Shown one piece after another: positions 32,701-43,987 of a stretch of DNA of 64,000 nucleotides. Numbering within the stretch: the stretch's first letter is position 1; every line of letters starts with the position of its first letter. This DNA comes from Caecitellus pseudoparvulus. Its lineage: Eukaryota > Protista > Bigyra: Bicosoecida. Where the stretch lies: NCBI GenBank assembly GCA_965644315.1, contig CBFFRQ010000063.1:1-64000 (forward strand). Reading direction: 5' to 3'. A program made the position numbers and the translations under genes. The notes beneath the pieces are model-generated. The model was not told the DNA's origin. It was given only the letters and a program-made list of their open reading frames with translations, and searched no databases.

Positions 32701-34324
32701 CTTCCCCCTTGGGGTCAAACTCCACCCTCACAGTGCCAGATCCTTGGAGGCCTGAAAACAACCCTGGCTTAATGAATGACGACACGTCTGACAGGGTACC
32801 TCGAATCTCCAGTTCGCCGTTCCCGATGTCCAACTGTCTGAACGACCCTTCGTATAAAAGAATGGTGCTGGTTTGCTCCACAGCAACCTCACCCACCGAG
32901 CCTCGAAGTCCAGAGAAGGCGTCGGGGGCAATCTCCAGCGTGGACGTTGGATGCCGGTCGCAGTTGGCTCCAGCAAAGAACGGGGGAGATGAATCATCGT
33001 AGTCCATGCCGAGCCTTAGTCCCACATTCAGAAGCGCCCCTGCAAATGCCCCTGACTCAATGATTGTTGTGTTGGGAAGGTGGAGGCAGCTGGCTCCCCA
33101 CGTCGCTTGGGAGGTGGCGCCAACGTTCAAGATAGAGTCCGTGGAGCCTCCTGGCAGTTCAGCGGCGATCTCGAGCCCAAGAAATGACTCGTCAGGAAAG
33201 GTCGTCTGGCTGAAGCAGGGCACTCTCCACGCTTGAAAGGTTGCTTTGGGGACGAAAGCGCGGGGTTCCACACTCAGACAAGCATATGGCAAGCCATCTT
33301 CGTCAGACAGCTGGCCAACAATGAAGGCCCCTTTACTCACATCCAGTCCACCAAACCCACCTTCCTCGATGTGCCACCGGAAAAAGACACCTTGATGCTG
33401 CGATACAAATCTCAGCTGGGCCTCGATGCTGGTTCCCGAAAACGCGCCGTCGCGGACGACAACTTCATGAAACGCACCACTCGGCAGAGTGTTTGTCGCC
33501 AGCAAAACCATTTCAGCGGAGCTCGGCAAGGTCATGTTTGCAAATGCTCCAGCATCAATGACAGCAAAAGGGGCAATGACCCGGAACAGCGTCGCCGAGC
33601 TTGCAAACGCTAGCTCTGCGAAGGCATTGGCGGGCAACGTGCTGAGCACTGATCCCCCAGACACCTCCAGCACATCAGCCACAACAGTTCCTTCAAGCAA
33701 GTAGCTAGGCAGGGGAGAAGCTGTTGCATGCAAATCCAGTGTCAAGTTGAAGAGGGACATCTTGGCCAGGGCTTGCTCTCGGAGCGTTCCTTGGAAGGGT
33801 CTTGGGAAAGAAAGCGCCGACGAGAACATAGCCCCTTCAAATGCAAGGCTCTTGACGTCAAAGGGGGCCTCTGGGAGTACGATTTCGTGGACAGTAGCAT
33901 CTTTGAACGCTCCAGGGTGGATGGTGGCGAGGTTGATACAACCCTTGAAGCTCAGCACCTCCCCAACCTCCACGCCTCGGAACGAGTGCGTGTCCAAGGT
34001 CGTCAGGCCCTGCGCATCGAAGTCGATGCCCCCTTGGAATGAAACCCCCTGGAAGGCGTCTGCTGCTATTGTGGAGATCGCCGGCGAATTCGCCGCAGAG
34101 CAATCAAGCTTGTCGGCTGAGGCGCCGGGGCAGCCGGAGCAAGTAGATAGGACTCCCGATGAAATGGTGCAGCAGGAGTTGCATGGTTGAACGCCTTGGC
34201 CTAGAGCACTTGCTAGCATGCTCAGAAGAATAAAAACTTGAACTGCATATGGGATGCTTGCCCGGGCGCGGTCCTGGGCGGTGCCGACCTGCCCTGCCTT
34301 GCTGAAACGCCGACCACTGCGCAT
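29723..34324 (-). CDS. LRR-GCC2/GCC3 3-TM surface receptor, paralog 3
   Basis: Same architecture (CNSCCTISSGVLSTC cap etc.); has its own TM1 region and cytoplasmic tail. Confidence 0.85.
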   Translation of the reverse strand: MRSGRRFSKAGQVGTAQDRARASIPYAVQVFILLSMLASALGQGVQPCNSCCTISSGVLSTCSGCPGASADKLDCSAANSPAISTIAADAFQGVSFQGGIDFDAQGLTTLDTHSFRGVEVGEVLSFKGCINLATIHPGAFKDATVHEIVLPEAPFDVKSLAFEGAMFSSALSFPRPFQGTLREQALAKMSLFNLTLDLHATASPLPSYLLEGTVVADVLEVSGGSVLSTLPANAFAELAFASSATLFRVIAPFAVIDAGAFANMTLPSSAEMVLLATNTLPSGAFHEVVVRDGAFSGTSIEAQLRFVSQHQGVFFRWHIEEGGFGGLDVSKGAFIVGQLSDEDGLPYACLSVEPRAFVPKATFQAWRVPCFSQTTFPDESFLGLEIAAELPGGSTDSILNVGATSQATWGASCLHLPNTTIIESGAFAGALLNVGLRLGMDYDDSSPPFFAGANCDRHPTSTLEIAPDAFSGLRGSVGEVAVEQTSTILLYEGSFRQLDIGNGELEIRGTLSDVSSFIKPGLFSGLQGSGTVRVEFDPKGEVVQFSSSVWDGLTDFAALQIRAEFDMAESVLNFTDLAVGSLDLAIGQLSFDPEDIHFSSWQNVSVANTINLVQFELPKLPAGVLSGVQAGGGLHIMTAKASLGQPISCFPGRAFLSSVSPSTVPFVLEQVGGAGIASDLERNQFPQVCSCPPGEMPVSGGPAPICVLCQVGSACPSGRPRGCPQGTYNDDVGLVSLSGCQGCRAGTYNPFVGTNSAGCLNCPPGTASATQNATSARDCAACAPGTFSSGPGQQQCSLCPLGTFTDAPGQAACSPCPLGTYGTRSGGTNETDACAPCPAGQTTFSAGTPSIASCVPGSTPSTVVCPAGQSPTVRGECEACPLGHVCPDGEAVACPVGTFNNALGQSDAEESCTPCPAGTFNSLPGQTSVSCVPCSPGTASRVEGATSGSACEACAAGSFAALAGASACSPCAQGTYAVRARSVSCEACPVNTYGSGPGGALVSSACLACPEGTDTAGLRGVSGLEGCVETPEEPPAQCGAGEVRDPDNSTQCLEVRCGAGLAPVGGGCVGCPAGTFGVPPSCAQCPRGGLCPGGTASVVLSPGDLRASAPALAAAAEAGAEIEAGGSSAAASENDGTEGANSSALPQATTFTVVGVTAGCALLLPILALALARCFKFLRSAVKFIDAYSLDHFVLDKNVVHKASTVLGGACTISLVAVLCGFLASSLLQYYTANTLVTTRFDPAGSAAQEAGIVTSQWRLDVAAVIDGVQSAGDCPGAQSTVDFTGGGADGVRMPWAVASSVTLQRVEAASGASALACQYAASCSECTLATTLRARLRLPYTAQSVAWAMTTTRASTPATPGQPTKSVLQGSVGASSSQRLRSGEWTLTSTREVLVDTQGGSDATGYLLAFVDQQAGFLDSSAPTSGFVPQLTPVSLQLSVQLSPSVSFITVSELQSLLGLLAALGGLAGATFGMFSFAFRFGELPVQSALSHVGVLGSEDLYVPPGEESGSSAGTVKPMKEAPLASTPPPSE
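29912..31993. repeat. Constant cassette copy 3
   Basis: Two blocks (29912-30724 and 30969-31993) near-identical to copies 1 and 2, separated by divergent 30725-30968. Confidence 0.95.
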
Positions 34325-34966
34325 GTTCGACGCTAAGCGCGAGAGAAGAAGAGAGGAGCACAGCCTGAGCAAGGGGAATGGGCGAAGTGTAAGCAAGCCA
34401 AATTTTGCGCGGGGAGGGCTGCTCAGTCGTGGGGTCCCCACAATAGATGGGAATGGAAAGGAGGGGCGTACTTGAGCGTTTCACGGATCGACCAGAGGGG
34501 CTCTGACGCATGCGTTCTCCACGAGACACAGACGCAGTGGCAAGGTGGTGGGACACAATTTAGACTAGTGCAAGACATACAGCACGATCTGCCCAACGCA
34601 GTGCACGTACTGCTGGCTGTGCACCGCTTGGCTTGCTCGATTTTGCTGGCCACCAGTTCCCCTCGTCCCTTCGCTCTCCAGCTGCTCTGTCTGCATGCAA
34701 GCGACAACAAGGCGGCTTAGCTGGCTGGAATAGCAATGAAATTGTGCATCATGTAGCGCTGAAGTAGCCTGGCGTTCGGTCGAGCTCATTTGTCGGTGAA
34801 GTGCTGCTGCTCGTCCACCGGTGCTGGTGCAAGCACTGACCTGACCACCCCTCGTATCCCCAACCGCGCGCCTCGCCAATCCCAGGGGCTCACGAAACCC
34901 ACCGACTCGCCCCAGCGCGGACCTTGCGCCAAAGATTGACTCGGGGATTCTCAGACACGGCAGTGC

Positions 34967-37168
34967 TCAGGATGAGCAGCTGAGGGCCTCCGCTCCGCCT
35001 GCGCTGGTCAGCTCGAAACCCGGCAGCTTGTACAGATCACCATCCAAGGCGGGCAAGACTGCCATCGCGTCGTCTTCATCAGCCGCCAGCCAGCCAGTGG
35101 CGCCTGACCACGTGCTGGGGTGTTCCACAGGCTTGTCACACCACCTCGCATGCTGCTGCTGGTCACGTGGCTGTGAGAAGGATCCCTCCGGTGAGGGAGG
35201 CACCACGCGCACACCCTGCGTGCCTGGCAAAGCGGCAAGCAAGGCCGTCAACTCCGTTGCATGTCTGCTTGCCTCCAGCTCCGCGATGCAGGCTTGCAGT
35301 TGGTAGTTTCGGGGAACCCTGGGAGGGCTCCAGCGACTTCCAGTCCTTTCCTCCACTGGTGACAGCCAGGGACATAGCCTTGCCACAAATGGCTGTCCAT
35401 CTGAAGCCCTGCCAGTGCCTGGGCGCGACGTGTCGTGGAGACTCTTGTCCTGGCGCTTGTGCAGCCGCTGTAGCACCTGCAGCCAGCCATCTTCGGAGAG
35501 TGGGTGAGACTGGCGACTCGCAAGCGCTTGAAGTGTCTCCTGGGCAGGGACCTGTTGTCCCAGCACCTCCCAAGTGTTGGTCCAATCGCATTCATCTCGG
35601 TGCATGAGCAGGAAGACATCTTGCAACAGGCCTGCATCACCGGGCTCGTGGGTGGGCGGTCTGCCCCACGGCGCTTCCAGCCAGGCCTTGGGATCTGGCA
35701 GCGGGCCCTGCCACGCCCCCACCGCCATCTTGCTGCCAAAGACAATGGCGGCAGCCTCACGGAAATGAGGCAAGGGGTCCACGGCGTCCAGCAGACTTTG
35801 AGCGAGCTCCCTCTGACTGTCAGTGAGCCCGGTCCCTCCCCCCGAGACACCCCTCCCGCTTTCATCCACAACGTGAAACAGACACCCTGCAAGGCGAGCC
35901 AAGTTCCACGCGAGAGCAAGGGGCTGGTTCATGAAGCAGTACCTGGAGCCGGGGTCTGAGGTGTTGGGGGTGTACATCGGGTCGAACCTGCGGAAAGCGG
36001 CAGAGGAGCGGTGTGGGGCAGGAACCAATCTGGTCGAACACATGCACAGCGCGCACCTTTCCATGAAGCCATAAGGCCCGTAATCCAGTGTTATTCCAGC
36101 CAAACTCGTGTTGTCGGTGTTCAGGACGCCGTGGACAAAGCCGATCCCGTGCCAGGCAGCGGCCAGCGCCCCAGTCTGCGCGCCCAACACCTGCAGCCAA
36201 GCTTTCAAGAACTCCAGTCGGTGCTGCGCAGTAGTGGTGTCACTGGCATCTATTGAATGCCCAGCCAGTGCCCCTCCCTTGCTGGACCGTGCATAGAGCG
36301 CATACGCCTCTGCCAAGGGTGCCAGGGCATCGACTTCGGGCGCCTGCTCCACATCAGCCTCGCTCTGGGTGGCGATGCCCAGTGTGTGACGCGTGGAGAA
36401 CTCCACATACTGCATGGCCAGGTCAAAGGCGCCATTCACCACCGCCCACTCCACACTCCCCACGCGCAGCAGGCCAGCCCCGGGGGCGGAGCGGCACAGT
36501 ATCGCGCCGGGCTCCAGGCGAAGGTGGCCGCTGTAGTGCACGTCACGCAGGACGCCTTGCCCCGTGGTGGCCAAGGTTAAGCCTCGATTCGTGGGGATGC
36601 CTTGCCCGTGCATGAACTCACTGGCAACGAACTCACGCAGCGAACTGCGGAGCACGGCACGCCCGTCAGCTGACCGGCTGAAGGGCGTCGGTCCCGCGCC
36701 CTTGAGCTGCAGCTCCACCGTGCCACGGCCCACCTGCACTTCTCCGATGCCCATGGCTCGGCCGTCGCCCAGCTGCCGCGCCCAGTGGCCGAATTGGTGC
36801 CCCCCATACACGTGGGCGTAGCCGTGCGGGACGTGCCCGGTGCCAGGCAGGCAATCAGCCTGTGCTGCTCCACACAGCACAGAGCGCACAGAGGGCAGCA
36901 GATGCCCCGCTGCGTCACAAAGCTGCAATTCATGCGCGAGGTCTTCAGACCAAGCTAGCAACTCAGGGGCGGGGGACAGCTGAGCCTGTGTCAGCGTGCC
37001 AGCGCTCCCGATGACGTGGCGCCGAGACGAGTCGGAAGCATCCCCAGCCTGCCAAGGGAGTTGCTGCAAGAAGGTATTGTTCCATGTAGGTGCGGTGTGA
37101 CACCACCGCGCGAGCAGGCGCGACACCTGGAAGGAGTTCTGGGGGGCGACAGTTCGCTGGAGTGCCAT
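34967..37168 (-). CDS. SELENOO: SelO-family protein adenylyltransferase (Cys-type)
   Basis: YGGHQFG..QLGDGRA, ELQLKGAGPTPFSRSADGRAVLRSSLREF, GFVHGVLNTDN, DYGPYGF, C-terminal LSCSS; one in-frame intron probable. Confidence 0.95.
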   Translation of the reverse strand: MALQRTVAPQNSFQVSRLLARWCHTAPTWNNTFLQQLPWQAGDASDSSRRHVIGSAGTLTQAQLSPAPELLAWSEDLAHELQLCDAAGHLLPSVRSVLCGAAQADCLPGTGHVPHGYAHVYGGHQFGHWARQLGDGRAMGIGEVQVGRGTVELQLKGAGPTPFSRSADGRAVLRSSLREFVASEFMHGQGIPTNRGLTLATTGQGVLRDVHYSGHLRLEPGAILCRSAPGAGLLRVGSVEWAVVNGAFDLAMQYVEFSTRHTLGIATQSEADVEQAPEVDALAPLAEAYALYARSSKGGALAGHSIDASDTTTAQHRLEFLKAWLQVLGAQTGALAAAWHGIGFVHGVLNTDNTSLAGITLDYGPYGFMERCALCMCSTRLVPAPHRSSAAFRRFDPMYTPNTSDPGSRYCFMNQPLALAWNLARLAGCLFHVVDESGRGVSGGGTGLTDSQRELAQSLLDAVDPLPHFREAAAIVFGSKMAVGAWQGPLPDPKAWLEAPWGRPPTHEPGDAGLLQDVFLLMHRDECDWTNTWEVLGQQVPAQETLQALASRQSHPLSEDGWLQVLQRLHKRQDKSLHDTSRPGTGRASDGQPFVARLCPWLSPVEERTGSRWSPPRVPRNYQLQACIAELEASRHATELTALLAALPGTQGVRVVPPSPEGSFSQPRDQQQHARWCDKPVEHPSTWSGATGWLAADEDDAMAVLPALDGDLYKLPGFELTSAGGAEALSCSS

Positions 37169-37387
37169 TGCAACGCAAGCGAAACGGTAGCGACGACGCC
37201 CTGTGAGCCGCCACTACTTTGCGGGGCCGCCCGTGCAGCAAGTAGTGTTGCTATCGGAAGGAACGCGGACGATTGAATTTGACCTTGTGTGATCAGTCGA
37301 GGACGCTCCCCCCTCGCTGCGACACTGCCCACTGCAACCGTGACAGCGCTCGGCGCGATGATGTGCGCTTGACTGGCTCGGCCCGGC

Positions 37388-40300
37388 TCACCTGCGCCCT
37401 GCCAACGGGCGCAAACCGGAGCCGCCACGCACCATGACGCCCAACCTCTCGCCTCCAGACTGCACTTTGCCTGCTGCCGGCTGAATGTTGACGTAGGGCG
37501 TGCCTGGGCCAGACGGCGCCACTCCCGGCGGAGTTGGCCCTGACCAGCCTGCGACCGACTCCAGCCGCAGCTCCCGGTGCGAGATGGGGCGCTCATCAGA
37601 ATCACTGTCGTGGGGCATGACAGGTGGTCGCTCAGCGATGTCGTACATGTGTACTTCGTCGTGCTCTCGCTGGCGTGCCTCGGCCAGCCGCGTTCGGCGG
37701 CGTGCACTCGCCTGCGCCTTGCCAAAAGCACTCTGCAGGGTGCCGAAATCGCGCCGCGCCTGCGTGCTGGTCGCTGGGCCCGCGGACGAGGAAGAAAAGG
37801 CGGATTCTTTGTCTGCCCCTCGTCGCCTGCTGTTGCCAGAGACGCTGGGCAGGCTGCCAGCGGACGCCTGCAGGAAAGCGATGCTGTCACCGCCAGCGCC
37901 GGTGTCGTCCACAGCTCGAACCTGCAGCTGCGGCCCTGCGCCCCCCGCCAGCCGCCGCCCGCCCCCTGAAAAACTCCCAGTGCGCGTCAGAGGTCCTGGT
38001 TGAGACGGGGGCACCGCCAGTGTGGCCCGCCCGCCATCACCGACGAGCTCCATCCCGTCACCATCGCGACGCGACCTGCTCGACGGCGAGAAGATGGCAT
38101 GTGTGCGGGACGCCAGGGACTCGGCAGAAGCCATCAGCTGGGCCGCTGCCTCCTGATCCCAGCCGTGCTTGGCTTCCTCCTGCCCCTCGTGGCGCTGCCT
38201 GCGCACTCCTCGCGCAGGTTCCTGCTGGCGATACTCTGGCAACGTCGCCTGGCTGCCCATGAACTCGCCGACAGAGGCGCCTTCCCCTTCGCTGGCAGAC
38301 TCCCCCGTGTAGTCTGCTGGCTTCAACTGCATGCTGCGGCCGGGGGAAGGGGCATACGTGCGCGGCGATGCCGGTGGTGGCGATGCGGAAGGACTGCCGT
38401 GCCCAGGCAAGGGACCCCAAGCCTCTGCCTCGGCCAGGACGCGCATCGCGTACTCAGGTGTAATACCACACTCCTTTTGTGCCTTGAGGATACATGCTTG
38501 GGCCTCTTCCAGCGCAGCGTCTGCGTTCTGGCGCGCCTGCAGCCCCTCCTCCAGCAAACCCCGGGCGTTCTGCGCGAAGTATTCGTCCAAAGCCGCGCGC
38601 TGCCCCACAGGGTCGTATCCTAACGCAAGCACTTCATGCACAAACAGCGCTGTCTGAGGGTCTGGTCCTTTCGAGATGAAACCGGGCCTGGAAGCAGACA
38701 TCGCCTTGGGCCGTTGCGGCGCGGCGGGCAGCCCAGCCGACAAACGCGCAGCGCCTCCAGTGTCACTGGGCGGCGCAGGGCGGGATGCCCCGTCACCACC
38801 CCACGCCTGAGCTGCAGGTGGACCCAAAAAGGGCTGCTGCTGATCACCGGTGTGCCTGCTTCGCGGTGCGGCTGTCGCGGCACGCTGCTGGTGCTGACGC
38901 GCAGCCACAGCCACACCTGAGTGCATGTCCAGTGCGCCGATGCCAGGTGGCACACCAGACAAAATGGACGACACACTGTAGTTGCCCAGCAGACCGCGGC
39001 TTTCTGAGGCAGCGCTGGCCATGGAGCCAGGTGGCGCTGTGTGCCCCCTGCGCAGGGCGGTGTCTGGCTGGCGAGGCTGGTGTTCCTCGTCTGCCTCCCC
39101 CCACTCGGACCGCAGTGCGCCGACGTCCACCACGACTCCCGCTGCCATGCGCAACATGCCATCCCCGTCCTCCACCTGCTCACTGGTCCCCTGCGCAGAC
39201 GCATCTGCAGCATCGCCGGTGCGCAGAGGCAGGGCTGCCTGCCCCGCCTTGGCCTTCGCGAACTTAAACGCCGGTGCATGCCGCTCCTTGATGGCAGGTG
39301 GGCCCATGTATGGCTGAAAACTGTCCACGCTGTCAGCCTCGCCGAGTCCATCGTCCCCCTCCCCGCCGGTGTCCCCAGCCTCACTGCCGCCGCCGTCCTG
39401 AGACGCAGGGTCGGCAGCTGCGACACGGCGCATGCGGGGCTGGGGCTTGAGCTTGCCTGAGGCGGTCACCGTGACGCGGTGCAAGCGCGCTGCGCCTTCA
39501 AAGTCTCGCTGCAGTGTGGTGGCCATACGGGCCTCCATGGGGGGGGGCGCCTCCTCTTGCTCCGGGTGGCTCGTGGACAGGCGCGTGGCCAGGTTGGCGG
39601 CCCGCTGGAAGTGCCGCACGCACTGGATGGGGTGGCCACAGTGCTCCAACTGCACCGCCAGCGCGTGGTACGCCATGCACAGCGTGATGTGCCGCCCCGT
39701 CACCGTGCGCTTGGCGCCTTCCAGTGCCGTCTCCACCTGGCTGCGCTTGGGTTGCCAGCCAGGCGCCACGGCGGCCGCCTCTCCCCCCACGCCCGTCCCC
39801 CACAACCCCAGTGCCACCTGCAGCTCATCGTCGCCCACCTCCGCCTCCTCGCCACTCTTCTCTCGGTCCATGGACAGGAGCTGCGCCTGCAGGCTGGCCA
39901 CCAGGCCCCGCGCACCACGCAGTTCTCGCCGGCACTCCATCACGGCGCTCTGAGCGGCCATGAGGGCAGGGCCGTGGCGCCCCGCAGTGGACTGGATGGC
40001 CGCCAGGTTCAGCTGCGTCTGTGTGAGGGGGGCCATGGACGGCGGCGCGGGGGGCACGGGCGGTGGCGGGGGGATGAACGGCAGGGAAGGCGGGACGGGG
40101 CGGGGCCCCAGCCCCTCCACCGGGTTCACCGCCTGTGCCTCCCGGAGGGCCTTGGACAGGTCGGTCGCGTCTGTGCTGTACTGGGTGTCAGCTGACACGT
40201 CTGACACGGACCGCATGTCGGGGGGGTCGGGCGCCGTGAACAGCGGCAGGGCCGGGCTGGGCGGCAGAGGGTACAGCTCGGCCCCCGTGTGGTCATCAGC

Positions 40301-43300
40301 AGCCAGGGCCCGCACCTCAGACCCCACAGACTCCACACTGGAGTCGTCCCCCTCCCCGTCGCTCTCCTCCACCGCCAGCGCCGCCTCTGCAGCCGCCTTG
40401 GCCCGCACCCAGTCCTGCACACGGGTGATGTACCCCAACAGGGCTTCCTTCCGTGGGCGCCAGCCGTACCCCAGCTGCAGCTTGCCGATGCGAGGGGGCC
40501 GCAGGGGGCCGCTGGCCCCGCCACTCTGCTCGGCGTGCAGCGTCTCGCCGTCACTCTCTGCGCCGGAGGCATGGTCGGCCTCTCCACCTGCTCGTGCGCG
40601 TGCGGCTGTCGCCTCCCAGTCCGGCGGCAGGGCCAACCCTGCCGCCCGGATGTTGAACCACTTCGCCTCCTCCACAGCGTGCAACTTGTCCAGCTTGCTG
40701 CGCTTGCCAGCCTCCACGAAGGACGTGCCCTGCATGATGCAGCCCAGCATCAAGGAGCGCAACTTCACACGCACCAGGCCCACAGCATCGTCTCCCCCTG
40801 CACCCGTGCCCGTGGACACGGAGGACGCCGGGCGTGCCCCTGCAGAGCCCTCTGTCAATGCGCTGGCGGGTCGACCAGCTGCGCCCGGCGCCACACTCGA
40901 CCCCGCTGTGCCTGCACGAGCCTCACTGTCGTACAGGCGCAGCTCCAGCACGGCTTCGTCGATGAACCCGGTGGGGATGTCGATCTCCAGCACTTCGTTC
41001 CAGATGGGCTTGTTCGAATTCCGCACGATCTTCGTGCGCGCCACACAGTCCCCCACCCGAGCAACCAAGTACGTGTGCTGCAAGTCGTGGTCCACTGTGC
41101 CAGGCGGATACGCAAGCTTCCGAGCCTGGTGCACCAGTACCTTGAGCATGCCGGCAGAAGGAGCAGGTGGTGGCGCTGCCGTCAGGGTTTTGATCATGTA
41201 CGCGTCAAGCCCCCCCGGGCCCAGCTTTGTCAGCGGCACGCCAGACAGGTACTCGTACCCGGGCACAGGCTGCCCATCTGGGCCACGTCCGCCGGCTGCC
41301 TCCACTGCCGCACGAAACAGGACCCCCCCCAGCACTTCTGGGTCTGGCTTCCAGCCGTACCCACACTCCAGTTGCGCGGCAGCGAAGGTAGCCCCCTTGC
41401 CGACGGTCGGGTCGCGCGACGTGCGCACTGCAGTGCCTGATGCCAGGCGGGCTTCGGAGGAGCTGGTGTCCATCAACGCTGCTAGCTCTGCGTCGTCCTC
41501 ATCCTGCTTGTACTGGCGGGCCAGGCTGAGCCACGCAAGGGCTGTTGTGGCGTTCACAGCGTGGCCCACACCCACTGTCTGGTCATAGGGTTGCACCTTG
41601 GCCACGTCAATTGCCTTGTCCACTGCCCGCGACACGATGGAACGAAGGGACACAGACGCCTTGCCCAGCACCAAGTCCTTCTCGGGGGGAGGGGGTGTGG
41701 AGGGCGCCACAACGGCCCGTGTGTCTGCCGAGTCAGCCAGGCTACTGCCGCCTTGCCCCGCCACCGGCTCAAACTCCGTGCGGCACAACAGGGTGACGTG
41801 CAGGTGCTGGGCGGCGTTCAGGCCAGAGTGCAGCTTCAGCTCCACCACCTGCTTCCACTTGGCGCCGTACACGCTCATGTCCAGCTCCTCAGCCCAGCGA
41901 CCCCGCAGTGCCTCCCGACTGTACGCACCCGGCATGGGCCGCAGATGGGGGTCTGGCTTGGCACGCCTGGCAGTGGTGACTGTCACGACGTCGCCCACAC
42001 GAGCTTGCACGTACAGGTAGGGCACGCGCCTGAAGCCAGGCACATGGGCGGGGCGGGTGATGGGCGGCTGCACCCGCCGACACGCCTTCACAAGCACTTT
42101 CACCGTGCCAGAGAGGGGCAGGCTGCCGGCCACCAGGCGCAGCAGCCCCGCCGAGTCGCCCTCTTTGACCCTGGGCAGGGTGGGGTCGCGTTTCCACAGA
42201 CACCGTGCCGCCTCCACCACCTGGCCGTCTGCCAGTGGGTTCACCAGCGCAAACTTCGCCGACCTGTCCCCCTCGGCTGCTCGGCGCAGGGGACTGCGAG
42301 CCAGCTCCTCCAGCCGGGCCTGGCGCGCAGCTTCGCGGCGCTGGGCCTTGCGTTCCAGGTGCGCCTCCCGCTCCTGCACTGCCTGGCGTGCCTGTGCCTT
42401 GCGGGCATCCCACATTTCCGCCTCCGCCTCCGCCGCCCCTACGGCGTGGGCGTGCTTGGCGAGCAGCTCCTGCCGCCGTGCAGCCACAGCCTCGCGCTCC
42501 TGGCGCCACTGTACAACTGCCTGGCCGTGCCGCAGGGCGCTGCTGGCCAGGTCCTCCAGTTGCATCAGACGCCGCTCGCGCCGCTGGGCCGAGCGCTGGG
42601 CGCGCGAGCGCTGCTCAGCGAGAATGCGCTGCACGGTGCTTCGCACGGCAGCCTCGCGGGAAGCGACGGCGTCGTCCCACGCAGCTTGTTCGCCGGCGAT
42701 GGAGGCCATGGCCGCGTCGTACGTCGCCCGGTCTGTGCGCGTGGAGCGCTCCCACTCGTTGTAAGCCGCCATGGCGGTGGCGTGCTGGGCGCCCCACTGG
42801 GCCACCTCCTCATTGTACATGCCGGCAGCGGCTCGCACCATGCGCAAGACAGCCACGGCCTTGCGTCCATTGCCCACGCGGGACTGGATGGCGGCGTAGT
42901 TGTTCAGGGTCAGCACACGCAGTGGGGCTGTGAAGGACTCCGGTAGGGGGCTGTGAGGGCCGGGGACCGGGTGCCGACTGGGGTAGGCGGCGGGGTCCCG
43001 GGAGACGAGGGGGGTGGCTGGCTCCTGCAGGCCGCCTGGCACGCCTCCCAGCCCGCCTGCCACCAGCTCCGCCTCGAACACGTCGGCAATGGGCTCGCCC
43101 TCCAGCCAGTGCAGGGCTCGCCCGAGCAGCTGAGAGGGCTCTCGAGCCACCTGTTTGCCGCCCTTGAAAGGCCAGGTCATGGCGGCATTGTTGCAGCACT
43201 CCACGACGGCTTGGATGGCTCGACGCGTGTCGGGGTGCTGTGAGGGCGGGGCCAGGTGAGGGGGAGGTGCGGCCAGAGGCAGCCGTTTCGCGTGTCGCGG

Positions 43301-43607
43301 CGACGCACCTGACTTCCCAGCAGCACTGCGCGAATGAGGGCCACTTCCTCGCGCGTTTTCACGGCCTGTGCAGAGGTGCAGGGCATGGTGCATGATGTCG
43401 TCCGCGCAGCGGCCATTCCCTCGCTCCCCCCCTCACCTTCACCGCTGCCTTGCCGGCTGCAGCGCCGGCAGAGTTGGCCATGAGCTCTGCACGCAGCTCG
43501 GCATGCCGCTGCCGAAGGGAGCCTACGCTCTCCCGCAGCACCTCGTCATCGTCTGCAAGTGTGTCCAACGCGCCGCCTTGCTCACTTTGCCTGCTCTGCG
43601 TCGCCAT
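37388..43607 (-). CDS. Large coiled-coil protein with two C2 domains (5' end uncertain; main ORF from 43180)
   Basis: GTVKVLVKACRRV..YVQARVG and GMLKVLVHQARKL..YLVARVG..RTKIVRNSNKPIWNE..LELRLYD; Ala/Arg/Glu coiled coils; possible upstream exon from 43607. Confidence 0.7.
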
Positions 43608-43987
43608 GGGGGGCCCAGCGAGCGGTGTTTCGGTGCGTTGCGCGTGACCTGACCAAGCACGCTTCGGCCAGTCCCCGTGAACTGCACGCGCTGGCACAGG
43701 GGTGAGGCGTGAGGGCGAGACGTGGCCTCCACAAGCTGGAAACAAGCATTGCATTCGCCCCTGTGTTCCTCCCGACCAAGCAGGAAAGCGCTCGTGATTT
43801 GTGGTTGGGGAGCGAGTGCTGGCGAGCTGGCGTGGCCTGATGCACCGAGTACCGCGCTGCCTGACGCAGTGCCAGTGCGAGGAGGCGCGAGCGCAGGCTG
43901 CAGAGCGACAAGACGTGGCAGGACGGACTGTCACATTGCCACAGGGCCTCACCTTGCCATGCCTTTCTCCAACCAACGCCGAAGGAA

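Noticed and set aside
34967-34990. SelO terminal TGA as a selenocysteine codon
   Set aside because: The C-terminus reads LSCSS-stop, so Cys already occupies the position where Sec occurs in vertebrate SelO; TGA is the normal stop.
39960-42946. Long plus-strand ORFs (542, 461 and 383 aa), and similar antisense ORFs over the receptor genes
   Set aside because: Shadow ORFs of GC-rich coding sequence on the opposite strand, with no recognisable domains.
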